Shown: positions 36,845 to 43,363 of the stretch, piece after piece | Layout: the number at the start of each line of letters is the position of its first letter | Numbering within the stretch: position 1 is the first letter of the stretch | Source of the DNA: an uncultured Christensenella sp. | Lineage (GTDB): Bacteria; Bacillota; Clostridia; Christensenellales; CAG-917 | Direction: 5' to 3' | Length of the DNA stretch: 64,000 nt | Assembly: GCA_910578325.1 (NCBI GenBank) | Contig: CAJTQT010000001.1 | Coordinates: 4,527-68,526, forward strand | The notes under the pieces: model-generated | Told to the model about the DNA's origin: nothing | The model's database searches: none | What the model saw: the letters and a program-made list of their open reading frames with translations, nothing else | Program-made: the position numbers and the translations under genes

Positions 36845-37054
36845 ATGAACTTTTTTGCAAACGGTGGCTCAAACGGTTGTGGTTGTGGTTGCAATTGCTG
36901 CGACCTGATTCTTCTTATGCTCATACTCAACAGTTGCGGATGCGGCTGCGGATGCGGCAACACGGGATGCGGCGGCTGCACCAACAGTTGCGACCTCGTA
37001 TGGCTTATCCTCATTCTGTCCTGCGTATGCGGCAATAACTGCTGCTGCAAGTAA
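36845..37054 (+). CDS. Cys/Gly-rich hydrophobic mini-protein (69 aa, 17 Cys, two-fold internal repeat)
   Basis: GGAGG RBS 8 nt before the ATG. Sequence is MNFFANGGSNGCGCGCNCCDLILLMLILNSCGCGCGCGNTGCGGCTNSCDLVWLILILSCVCGNNCCCK. A strong hairpin follows directly after the stop. The antisense ORFs are nonsense. Confidence 0.6.
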   Translation: MNFFANGGSNGCGCGCNCCDLILLMLILNSCGCGCGCGNTGCGGCTNSCDLVWLILILSCVCGNNCCCK

Positions 37055-37178
37055 GGAATCCTTACACCCGCAAAATAGTTTTGCGGGCCCTTGCGGAACG
37101 CAGTACACCCCGACGGACGGGAGTGTAAACAAGAATGAAGTGCGTATGTTCGCCCTGCCGCGAACACGCGAGGGACGG

Positions 37179-37204
37179 AAAGCGGGAAGCGATTCCCGCT
37201 TTTC
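37179..37204 (+). terminator. Rho-independent terminator ending the Cys-rich gene transcript
   Basis: GAAAGCGGGAA-GCGA-TTCCCGCTTTTC, about 125 nt after the stop codon. Confidence 0.6.
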
Positions 37205-37273
37205 GCTTCGTCGCGCTACATTATATGCACTGAAAACCCGAAATGATATTCGCCGCATAATAATGCGAAGTAT

Positions 37274-37302
37274 TTGACTTTATAAGAGTTTTTATTTATT
37301 AT
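37274..37302 (+). promoter_or_regulatory. Candidate sigma-A promoter for glyQS
   Basis: TTGACT (37274-37279), a 17-nt spacer, then TATTAT (37297-37302). Confidence 0.5.
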
Positions 37303-37431
37303 CATAATTACAATAAGGTACGCATTCCGGCGTGCCGACATCGTCGCATTGAAACGGTTAGCGTCAAATAATTGCTATAAGGTAAATACAAGACGCGTCC
37401 GATTCAAACGCGCGAAGTGTGGAGGTATAAT

Positions 37432-38817
37432 ATGGCACAACTTACAATGGAAAAGATTGTCGCGCTTGCAAAAAACCGCGGCTTTGTCTATCCCGGCAGC
37501 GAAATTTACGGCGGACTGTCCAACTCGTGGGATTTCGGTCCTCTCGGCGTCGCGCTCAAAAACAACATCAAACAAGCCTGGTGGAAAAAATTCGTCGTCG
37601 AAAATCCTCACACAGTGGGTATCGACAGCGCGATTCTTATGAATCCGACTACCTGGCAGGCTTCCGGACATATCGGAGGATTCTCCGACCCGCTTATGGA
37701 CTGCAAAAGTTGTAAATCCCGTCACCGCGCAGACAACCTCATCGAAGACTATATGGCAAAGCACGGCATCGAGGGCAACATCGCAGGCTGGACCAACGAA
37801 CAAATGGAACAGTACATCGCAGAAAATAAAATTCCCTGCCCCGTATGCGGCAACAGCGATTTTACCGGCGTAAGAAAATTCAACCTTATGTTCAAGACCT
37901 TTATCGGCGTAACGGAGGACAGCACTTCAACCGTATATCTCCGTCCCGAAACCGCGCAGGGCATTTTCGTGAACTTCAAAAACGTTCAGCGCACTACGCG
38001 CAAAAAGATACCTTTCGGAATAGGTCAGATAGGAAAGAGTTTCCGCAACGAAATCACGCCCGGGAACTTCATCTTCCGTATAAGAGAATTCGAACAAATG
38101 GAAATGGAATTCTTCTGCAAACCCGACACCGATCTCGAATGGTTTGCATACTGGAAAAACTTCTGCCATCAGTGGTTGCTCGGTCTGGGTATGCGCGAAG
38201 AGAATCTCCGTCTGCGCGATCACGACGCGGAGGAACTCTGCTTCTATTCAAAAGCAACAACCGACTTCGAATATAAATTCCCCTTCGGATGGGGCGAACT
38301 GTGGGGCGTTGCCGACCGTACCGATTACGACCTTAATCAGCATATCAAGACGAGCGGCAAAGATTTGAGTTATGTAGACCCTGTCACAAACGAAAAATAC
38401 GTACCCTACGTTGTCGAGCCGTCGCTCGGCGCGGACCGTGCGTTCCTCGCGTTCCTCTGCGACGCATACGACGAAGAACAGGTCGGCGAAAACGATACGC
38501 GAGTCGTGCTTCACTTCCACCCCGCGCTCGCACCCGTCAAAGTTGCAGTACTTCCGCTTCAAAAGCAACTCAATGAAAAAGCGGAATCTCTGTACGTCGA
38601 ACTCTCCAAACACTTTGCCTGCGATTTCGACACGTCCGCGTCAATCGGCAAACGTTATCGCAGACAGGACGAGATAGGAACTCCGTACTGCGTAACGGTT
38701 GACTTCGAATCCCTCGAAGACGAGTGTGTAACCGTGCGCGAGCGCGACACGATGGCGCAAGTCCGCCTGCCTATCGAAGATTTGGTGAAATACTTCGAAG
38801 ACAAAATGGAATATTGA
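37432..38817 (+). CDS. glyQS: Glycine--tRNA ligase (single-chain alpha2 GlyQS type)
   Basis: [34 protein letters not shown], class II motifs ([11 protein letters not shown]) and an anticodon-binding C-terminus are present. I chose the ATG at 37432 behind GGAGG. The track starts at a GTG at 37417. Confidence 0.9.
   Translation: MAQLTMEKIVALAKNRGFVYPGSEIYGGLSNSWDFGPLGVALKNNIKQAWWKKFVVENPHTVGIDSAILMNPTTWQASGHIGGFSDPLMDCKSCKSRHRADNLIEDYMAKHGIEGNIAGWTNEQMEQYIAENKIPCPVCGNSDFTGVRKFNLMFKTFIGVTEDSTSTVYLRPETAQGIFVNFKNVQRTTRKKIPFGIGQIGKSFRNEITPGNFIFRIREFEQMEMEFFCKPDTDLEWFAYWKNFCHQWLLGLGMREENLRLRDHDAEELCFYSKATTDFEYKFPFGWGELWGVADRTDYDLNQHIKTSGKDLSYVDPVTNEKYVPYVVEPSLGADRAFLAFLCDAYDEEQVGENDTRVVLHFHPALAPVKVAVLPLQKQLNEKAESLYVELSKHFACDFDTSASIGKRYRRQDEIGTPYCVTVDFESLEDECVTVRERDTMAQVRLPIEDLVKYFEDKMEY
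38787..38817 (+). repeat. Direct repeat copy 1 (last 10 codons of glyQS, including the stop codon)
   Basis: GAAATACTTCGAAGACAAAATGGAATATTGA recurs at 40774-40804 with 30/31 identity. Confidence 0.85.
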
Positions 38818-38834
38818 ATACAAATTTGATTTAT

Positions 38835-38866
38835 AAAAGAAGCGCGCATTTTTGCGTGCTTCTTTT
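38835..38866 (+). terminator. Rho-independent terminator after glyQS
   Basis: AAAAGAAGCGCGCA-TTTT-TGCGTGCTTCTTTT. Confidence 0.75.
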
Positions 38867-38883
38867 ATAAATCAACAAAATTC

Positions 38884-39096
38884 TTAATTTAAAGTTATAC
38901 TTATTTTTGTATCAGGCTCATCAACCATATTCGAAATAATCAATTTATCCGAAATATCCCCCTTTTCAATATTTAATTGAATTACCTCAAGAACATAATG
39001 CTTTAAATCCATTAAATCATTTAAATACATTTTTTTTCTTAGTTTATCACTGTTCGTCTTATGAACCTTTTCAAAATTTTTTAAAACCTGCTTCAT
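38884..39096 (-). CDS. Hypothetical 70-aa protein (island gene)
   Basis: AT-rich ORF with a GAAGG RBS 6 nt upstream. Sequence begins MKQVLKNFEKVHKTNSDKLRKKMYLNDLMDLKHY. I recognise no family. Confidence 0.45.
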   Translation of the reverse strand: MKQVLKNFEKVHKTNSDKLRKKMYLNDLMDLKHYVLEVIQLNIEKGDISDKLIISNMVDEPDTKISITLN

Positions 39097-39128
39097 ATTA
39101 ACCTTCTTTTTATAAATTTTACATTAAA

Positions 39129-39272
39129 TCAATTTAAGTACTCTATTTCAATTGTTGCCTTAGAATTATCAGATAAAAAAATCAATATCTTGTTATTGTC
39201 ATAAATTATCTCATTTGAAACTTCTAGATTCATACCTGCTCTAATTAACTCCAAAATCAAAGGTATTCCCAT
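39129..39272 (-). CDS. Hypothetical 47-aa protein (island gene, below ORF-track cutoff)
   Basis: Hand translation gives MGIPLILELIRAGMNLEVSNEIIYDNNKILIFLSDNSKATIEIEYLN*. GAGGAGG lies 9 nt upstream. It sits 32 nt upstream of the 70-aa ORF on the same strand. Confidence 0.35.
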   Translation of the reverse strand: MGIPLILELIRAGMNLEVSNEIIYDNNKILIFLSDNSKATIEIEYLN

Positions 39273-39403
39273 AATGCATCACCTCCTCTATTGCTTATTC
39301 GTTCGAATTATATTGCATAGGCTCATTTTAACATCTCCTAAGACTGACACAAAGCATTTTTACTCATACTTTGCAATAAAATTTTAGCAGAAGGTGGCTT
39401 ATT

Positions 39404-39862
39404 ATGTCGAAACTTGTCTATAGGCTTAAAACACTTTTTGATAGTTATGATTTATCAACCGTAACTGGACAACAAGCGTTAGAAATCAGCAAAACACAAT
39501 TAGGTAGATACTTATCGGGATTTTATGTGCCGTCATTAAAAAACGCAATAAAGATTTGTGATTACTTTGACTGTTCACTGGATTACCTACTTGGTATAGA
39601 CGAAGAAAAAAATCGATTCGGAAATTTTGAAGAACCTAATTTTGAGATTTTTTCAAAAAGATTCCTACAAATTCTCAGCGAGCACAATTTAAGCATATAT
39701 CAGGTTGCGAAGAAATTAGAAATCAATAGAAACAATTGGACTTATTGGAATAAGAAAAAAACTTTACCGACTTTGGAAACAATTTATAAGTTGGCTAAAG
39801 AGTTCGAAGTATCTGCCGAATTCCTAATCGGTCGGACAAAAATTAAAAAAGGATCACTATGA
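39404..39862 (+). CDS. Dual-HTH XRE-family regulator, paralog 1
   Basis: Two Cro/C1-type HTH modules are present (..ISKTQLGRYLSG..AIKICDYFDCSLDYLLG and ..IYQVAKKLEINRNNWTYW..LAKEFEVSAEFLIGR). AAGGTGG RBS. Confidence 0.8.
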   Translation: MSKLVYRLKTLFDSYDLSTVTGQQALEISKTQLGRYLSGFYVPSLKNAIKICDYFDCSLDYLLGIDEEKNRFGNFEEPNFEIFSKRFLQILSEHNLSIYQVAKKLEINRNNWTYWNKKKTLPTLETIYKLAKEFEVSAEFLIGRTKIKKGSL

Positions 39863-40293
39863 ATTTCAATCTAAGATTAAAAGAACTTCTTGACGAACAA
39901 GAGATTTCTGCAAGAAAACTGTGCGAACAAATAGGTATCGACCATACGTCGATATATATGTATTTACAAGGCGGTTATCCAAATTTAGAAAACGCAGTTA
40001 AAATTGCGAACTATTTCGACTGTACGCTAAATTTCTTGTTCTGTATTGATGAACTTCCTAATCAATATAAGTTTTTCTATGAATATAATGCAGGCTTATT
40101 TTTCAAAAGATACACGGATTTATTACGACTAAACAAAATCTCTCATTACAAGGTCGGTAAGGAACTGAAATTAGGGAATTCTACATTTAAAAAATGGCAA
40201 AGTGGCTGCATCCCTAAAATCGAAACGCTGACAAAACTATCAAAATATTTTGGCTACTCTATTGATTACCTCGTTGGTCGTAGCGATACGTAA
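39859..40293 (+). CDS. Dual-HTH XRE-family regulator, paralog 2
   Basis: Same two-module layout as paralog 1 (..ARKLCEQIGIDHTSIYMYL..IANYFDCTLNFLF and ..HYKVGKELKLGNSTFKKW..LSKYFGYSIDYLVGRSD). ATGA start/stop overlap with paralog 1. Confidence 0.8.
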   Translation: MNFNLRLKELLDEQEISARKLCEQIGIDHTSIYMYLQGGYPNLENAVKIANYFDCTLNFLFCIDELPNQYKFFYEYNAGLFFKRYTDLLRLNKISHYKVGKELKLGNSTFKKWQSGCIPKIETLTKLSKYFGYSIDYLVGRSDT

Positions 40294-40305
40294 AGGATAA
40301 AACAT

Positions 40306-40749
40306 ATGACCGAATTTACAAGAATTTTAAAAGAATTATTAGATGAACAAAACACTACAATTCGTTCTTTAAGTCCGCAAATTGGTATTCCCTACCAGGA
40401 ACTGTACACATACGTTAATGATGATTATTTTCCGTCAATATATAACGCCGAAAAACTTGCGAACTATTTCGACTGTTCGTTTGATTATCTCTTCGGTCTT
40501 TCAGATACTTTTAAAACATCCGAATTTAAAGAAGTCGACATTTCTAAATTTTATCCGAGGTACTTAGAATTATTACAAGAAAACAAAATTAGCCACCACC
40601 ATTTATACAAAACATTAGGGTTGAGCAAATCAGGTCTGAGTAAATGGAGAAACGGTTCTGTTCCAAAGATTGAAAGCCTGTTAAAAATCGCCAAATTTTT
40701 TGGCACTCACATAGATTATTTAGTAGGACGTAGCGACATAAGGTATTAG
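40306..40749 (+). CDS. Dual-HTH XRE-family regulator, paralog 3
   Basis: Same layout (..LANYFDCSFDYLFG and ..IAKFFGTHIDYLVGRSD). AAGGA RBS. Lies 12 nt after paralog 2. Confidence 0.8.
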   Translation: MTEFTRILKELLDEQNTTIRSLSPQIGIPYQELYTYVNDDYFPSIYNAEKLANYFDCSFDYLFGLSDTFKTSEFKEVDISKFYPRYLELLQENKISHHHLYKTLGLSKSGLSKWRNGSVPKIESLLKIAKFFGTHIDYLVGRSDIRY

Positions 40750-40773
40750 CAAATCAAAACCCACAGTATCGGA

Positions 40774-40804
40774 GAAATACTTCGAAGACAAAATGAAATA
40801 TTGA
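40774..40804 (+). repeat. Direct repeat copy 2 (relic glyQS 3' end)
   Basis: GAAATACTTCGAAGACAAAATGAAATATTGA differs from copy 1 by one substitution. In the glyQS frame it would read KYFEDKMKY*. Confidence 0.85.
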
Positions 40805-40832
40805 TATATCATCATCTATATATTTATAATAT

Positions 40833-40865
40833 GAAGAAAACGCGCAGGACTGCGCGCTTCTTTTT
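40833..40865. terminator. Bidirectional terminator between the island/relic glyQS end and rex
   Basis: GAAGAAAACGCGCAGGACTGCGCGCTTCTTTTT has a GC-rich stem with A/T runs on both sides. Confidence 0.6.
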
Positions 40866-40898
40866 AAGTTGCGATATATACAAAAGCGACAGACCTGT

Positions 40899-41546
40899 TT
40901 ATTCTCCGAGCGGCGGAGTTTTCAACTGCATACTCAAAAGCGCGAGCGACGCCGCCAAATCTTCGCCTTTGACCGCTATGCCTTCGGGCAATGTAAGATG
41001 TACAGGCGCAAAACACCATATCGCTTTAATGCCCGCGTCAACCATACTGTCGGCAACCGACTGAGCCGCAGCCGACGGCACGCAGATAATGCCGAGCCGT
41101 ATTTTGTATCTTTCCACAATGCCTTTAAGTTTATCCGTCGAATAAACGGGCTTTCCGTTGACCGAAGTATCTACCACTTTTTCGTCGGCGTCGAAAGCGC
41201 ATACGATATTCAAGCCGTAGTTACGAAATCCGTCATAGCCGAGGATTGCCCTTCCCAGTCCGCCTACACCTACAAGCACAGCGTCGCGCGTATTGTTATA
41301 GCCGAGGAAATCTTCGAGGTCGGCAATGAGTTCTTTTGTGACGAATCCCGTCTTAGGCTTGCCCGCCACCGAGGATACGAGCGCAATGTCTTTGCGCACC
41401 TGTACGGGATTGAGCCCAAGTCCGTTTGCTATCGTAGTGCTCGAAACGTTGGGAACGTTCTGTTTGTTGAGTTGATACAGATAGCGCAAATAGGACGGCA
41501 ACCGCCTCAGCGTTGCTTTTGACATTTCGCTGTTCTGTTCCTGCAT
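40899..41546 (-). CDS. rex: Redox-sensing transcriptional repressor Rex
   Basis: ATLRRLPSYLRYL winged-helix N-terminus and a Rossmann GVGGLGRAI motif. 215 aa. Confidence 0.9.
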   Translation of the reverse strand: MQEQNSEMSKATLRRLPSYLRYLYQLNKQNVPNVSSTTIANGLGLNPVQVRKDIALVSSVAGKPKTGFVTKELIADLEDFLGYNNTRDAVLVGVGGLGRAILGYDGFRNYGLNIVCAFDADEKVVDTSVNGKPVYSTDKLKGIVERYKIRLGIICVPSAAAQSVADSMVDAGIKAIWCFAPVHLTLPEGIAVKGEDLAASLALLSMQLKTPPLGE

Positions 41547-41593
41547 ACTTTCACCTTATTCCGTCTCCTGCAAGGAGATTAGTAGTATTTTAT

Positions 41594-42967
41594 TCAGTCA
41601 TTCTGATTTTCAAGCGCTTCGTCGACTTTGAGCATTATTGCGCACTCGATGCGCTTTTTAAAGAGGTCGCAACCGTAAGCATAAACGCCGTTGACGCTTC
41701 CCGTCGCATTGTACGCGTTCGCCGCGCATCCTCCCGAACAATAGAGTCTCGCCCAGCAGTCGGCGCATTCCGTGCGAGAATATGCGTTGCATCTTTTAAA
41801 CTCGTCCCTGATATCCGTGCGGATTACGCCCTGCCAGATATCGCCCATAAGATAGTCTTTGTTCCCTACAAACTGGTGGCAGGGATACAACTCGCCCGTC
41901 GGTGTGACGGCAAGATATTCCGTGCCGCTCCCGCAACCCGATATCCTCTTATATATGCACGGTCCGCCGTCGAGGTCGAGCATATAGTGATAAAACGTAA
42001 ACGGCTTTCCTTCTTTGCGCCTTTTTATCATCATCTCTGCGAGTTTGCCGTACTCGGCGCAAACAATCAACTTGTCCTCTTCGGTCAAAGCGTACTTATC
42101 TGTCGGCGGAGATACAACAGGCTCCATACTCAGTTCGTCGAATCCGAGGTCGAGCATCGTCTGTATGTCCTTCGTGAAATCGGGATTGAAATGCGTAAAC
42201 GTGCCGCGCATATAATAACTCTTATCGCCGCGGGCTTTTACGAACTTCTGAAATTTCGGGACTATTACGTCGAAACTGCCCACGCCTCCCGCCGTTTTGC
42301 GGAAGCGGTCGTTCACCTCTTTTCTGCCGTCGAGACTGAGCACGACGTTGTCCATTTCTCTGTTGGCAAATTCGATAACCTCGTCATCAAGAAGCATACC
42401 GTTGGTCGTAAGCGTAAAGCGGAAATTCTTGCCGTGTTCCTTTTCGACCGAACGCGCGTAAGCGACAAGTTTTTTTACTACGTCGAAGTTCATAAGCGGT
42501 TCGCCGCCGAAAAAATCCACTTCGAGATTGCGACGCGTTCCGCTGTTTTCTATGAGGAAATCAAGGGCGCGTTTGCCCACTTCAAACGTCATAAGCGCGC
42601 GTTCGCCGTGGTATTTCCCCTGAGCCGCAAAACAATACTCGCAATCGAGATTGCACGTATGCGCAACGTGCAGACACATCGCCTTTACAACCGTTTCGCG
42701 CTTTGCAAGCGCGTCTGCGTTGGGGCGGAATTCATCGCAAGAGAATAAAACTCCCTGCGCTTTCAATGCGTCGACATCATCGAGACAAGCCTTTACTTCT
42801 TCCTCGCTTATCCCGTGTCGTATTGAAACCTGCCCAATGAGTTCTTCCCGCGGAGTGCTTTCGTATAAATTGATAATATCAAACGCAACGTCATCCACGC
42901 AATGCACGCTTCCGCTCGCTACGTCGAGCACGATATTATATCCGTTTTGTCTGAACGAATGTATCAT
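41594..42967 (-). CDS. Radical SAM/SPASM thioether cross-link-forming SCIFF peptide maturase
   Basis: CNLDCEYC radical-SAM cluster motif, a Cys-rich SPASM C-terminus (CADCWARLYCSGGCAANA), and a location immediately downstream of a SCIFF precursor. Confidence 0.9.
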   Translation of the reverse strand: MIHSFRQNGYNIVLDVASGSVHCVDDVAFDIINLYESTPREELIGQVSIRHGISEEEVKACLDDVDALKAQGVLFSCDEFRPNADALAKRETVVKAMCLHVAHTCNLDCEYCFAAQGKYHGERALMTFEVGKRALDFLIENSGTRRNLEVDFFGGEPLMNFDVVKKLVAYARSVEKEHGKNFRFTLTTNGMLLDDEVIEFANREMDNVVLSLDGRKEVNDRFRKTAGGVGSFDVIVPKFQKFVKARGDKSYYMRGTFTHFNPDFTKDIQTMLDLGFDELSMEPVVSPPTDKYALTEEDKLIVCAEYGKLAEMMIKRRKEGKPFTFYHYMLDLDGGPCIYKRISGCGSGTEYLAVTPTGELYPCHQFVGNKDYLMGDIWQGVIRTDIRDEFKRCNAYSRTECADCWARLYCSGGCAANAYNATGSVNGVYAYGCDLFKKRIECAIMLKVDEALENQND

Positions 42968-43003
42968 AATTTCTTTCGCTGACCTGAAAATTGCCGTATT
43001 TCA

Positions 43004-43030
43004 CAAAAAACGCCTATCGTCGGATAGGCG
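43004..43030 (-). terminator. Intra-operon terminator/attenuator between the SCIFF precursor and its maturase
   Basis: On the minus strand, CGCCTATC-CGAC-GATAGGCG is followed by TTTTTTG. Confidence 0.6.
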
Positions 43031-43056
43031 GCTTTCTGTATCTGATGCAAGTCGGA

Positions 43057-43203
43057 TTATTTGCCCGCTTTCTCGCACTTCTGATTTGCTACTCCGCAGG
43101 ATGTTTTGCACGCGGACTGGCAGGAAGTTTGGCATTCGCCGCAACCGCCGTTCTTTTTGCTATCGCTGAGATTGCGGGTTTTCAAAGTGACAATTCTTTT
43201 CAT
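43057..43203 (-). CDS. SCIFF (six-cysteines-in-forty-five) ranthipeptide precursor, 48 aa
   Basis: Hand translation gives MKRIVTLKTRNLSDSKKNGGCGECQTSCQSACKTSCGVANQKCEKAGK*. The GGCGECQTSCQSACKTSC core is the SCIFF hallmark. AAGGAG RBS. It is below the ORF-track size cutoff. Confidence 0.9.
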   Translation of the reverse strand: MKRIVTLKTRNLSDSKKNGGCGECQTSCQSACKTSCGVANQKCEKAGK

Positions 43204-43244
43204 TATCGGTACTCCTTTGAGTGTTGTTTTTATATTCTATAAGC

Positions 43245-43273
43245 ATTATATATACCTATGCGCCTTTTGTCAA
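43245..43273 (-). promoter_or_regulatory. Consensus sigma-A promoter of the SCIFF operon
   Basis: The minus strand reads TTGACA (43273-43268), a 17-nt spacer, then TATAAT (43250-43245). Confidence 0.65.
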
Positions 43274-43363
43274 GCGCAACGGCTTGTATACTTTACCGCG
43301 CCTTAATCACGTATTTACAACTTGCACAAACTGCAAGTCGTGATTAAACCGAATCAATATTTC

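Larger units (their letters stand above)
38818..40804. mobile_element. Low-GC inserted island of about 2 kb without a recombinase gene, bounded by the 31-bp direct repeats
   Basis: The repeat period is 1987 bp. A hand-counted 60-nt sample inside is about 30% GC, versus about 60% in the glyQS 3' region. Gene content is five small regulator or unknown ORFs. Terminators of related sequence follow both repeat copies. Confidence 0.45.

Noticed and set aside
36790-37258. Two minus-strand ORFs (125 and 129 aa) overlapping the Cys-rich gene and its 3' region.
   Set aside because: The translations are repetitive mirror-image sequence produced by the repetitive TGC/GGC-rich sense strand (for example QPHPQLL and AAASRVAASAAASA). 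There is no RBS. The plus-strand ORF has the strong RBS and a terminator.
37303-37431. A glycine T-box leader upstream of glyQS, and by analogy a Leu T-box upstream of leuA (27417-27486).
   Set aside because: The leaders are only about 130 nt and about 70 nt. There is no AGAGA/GNUGGA specifier-domain features, no T-box sequence (AANNNGGGUGGUACCGCG-like), and no terminator/antiterminator pair.
40801-41522. Plus-strand ORFs of 87 and 217 aa just after the island, which could have been island cargo.
   Set aside because: They lie opposite rex, which is unambiguous. They begin beyond the right-hand direct repeat and terminator.
42995-43012. A Rex-operator half-site (TTGTGAAAT on the minus strand) between the SCIFF peptide and the maturase, next to rex.
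   Set aside because: Only one half of the TTGTGAA-N6-TTCACAA palindrome is present, and the partner half does not match.
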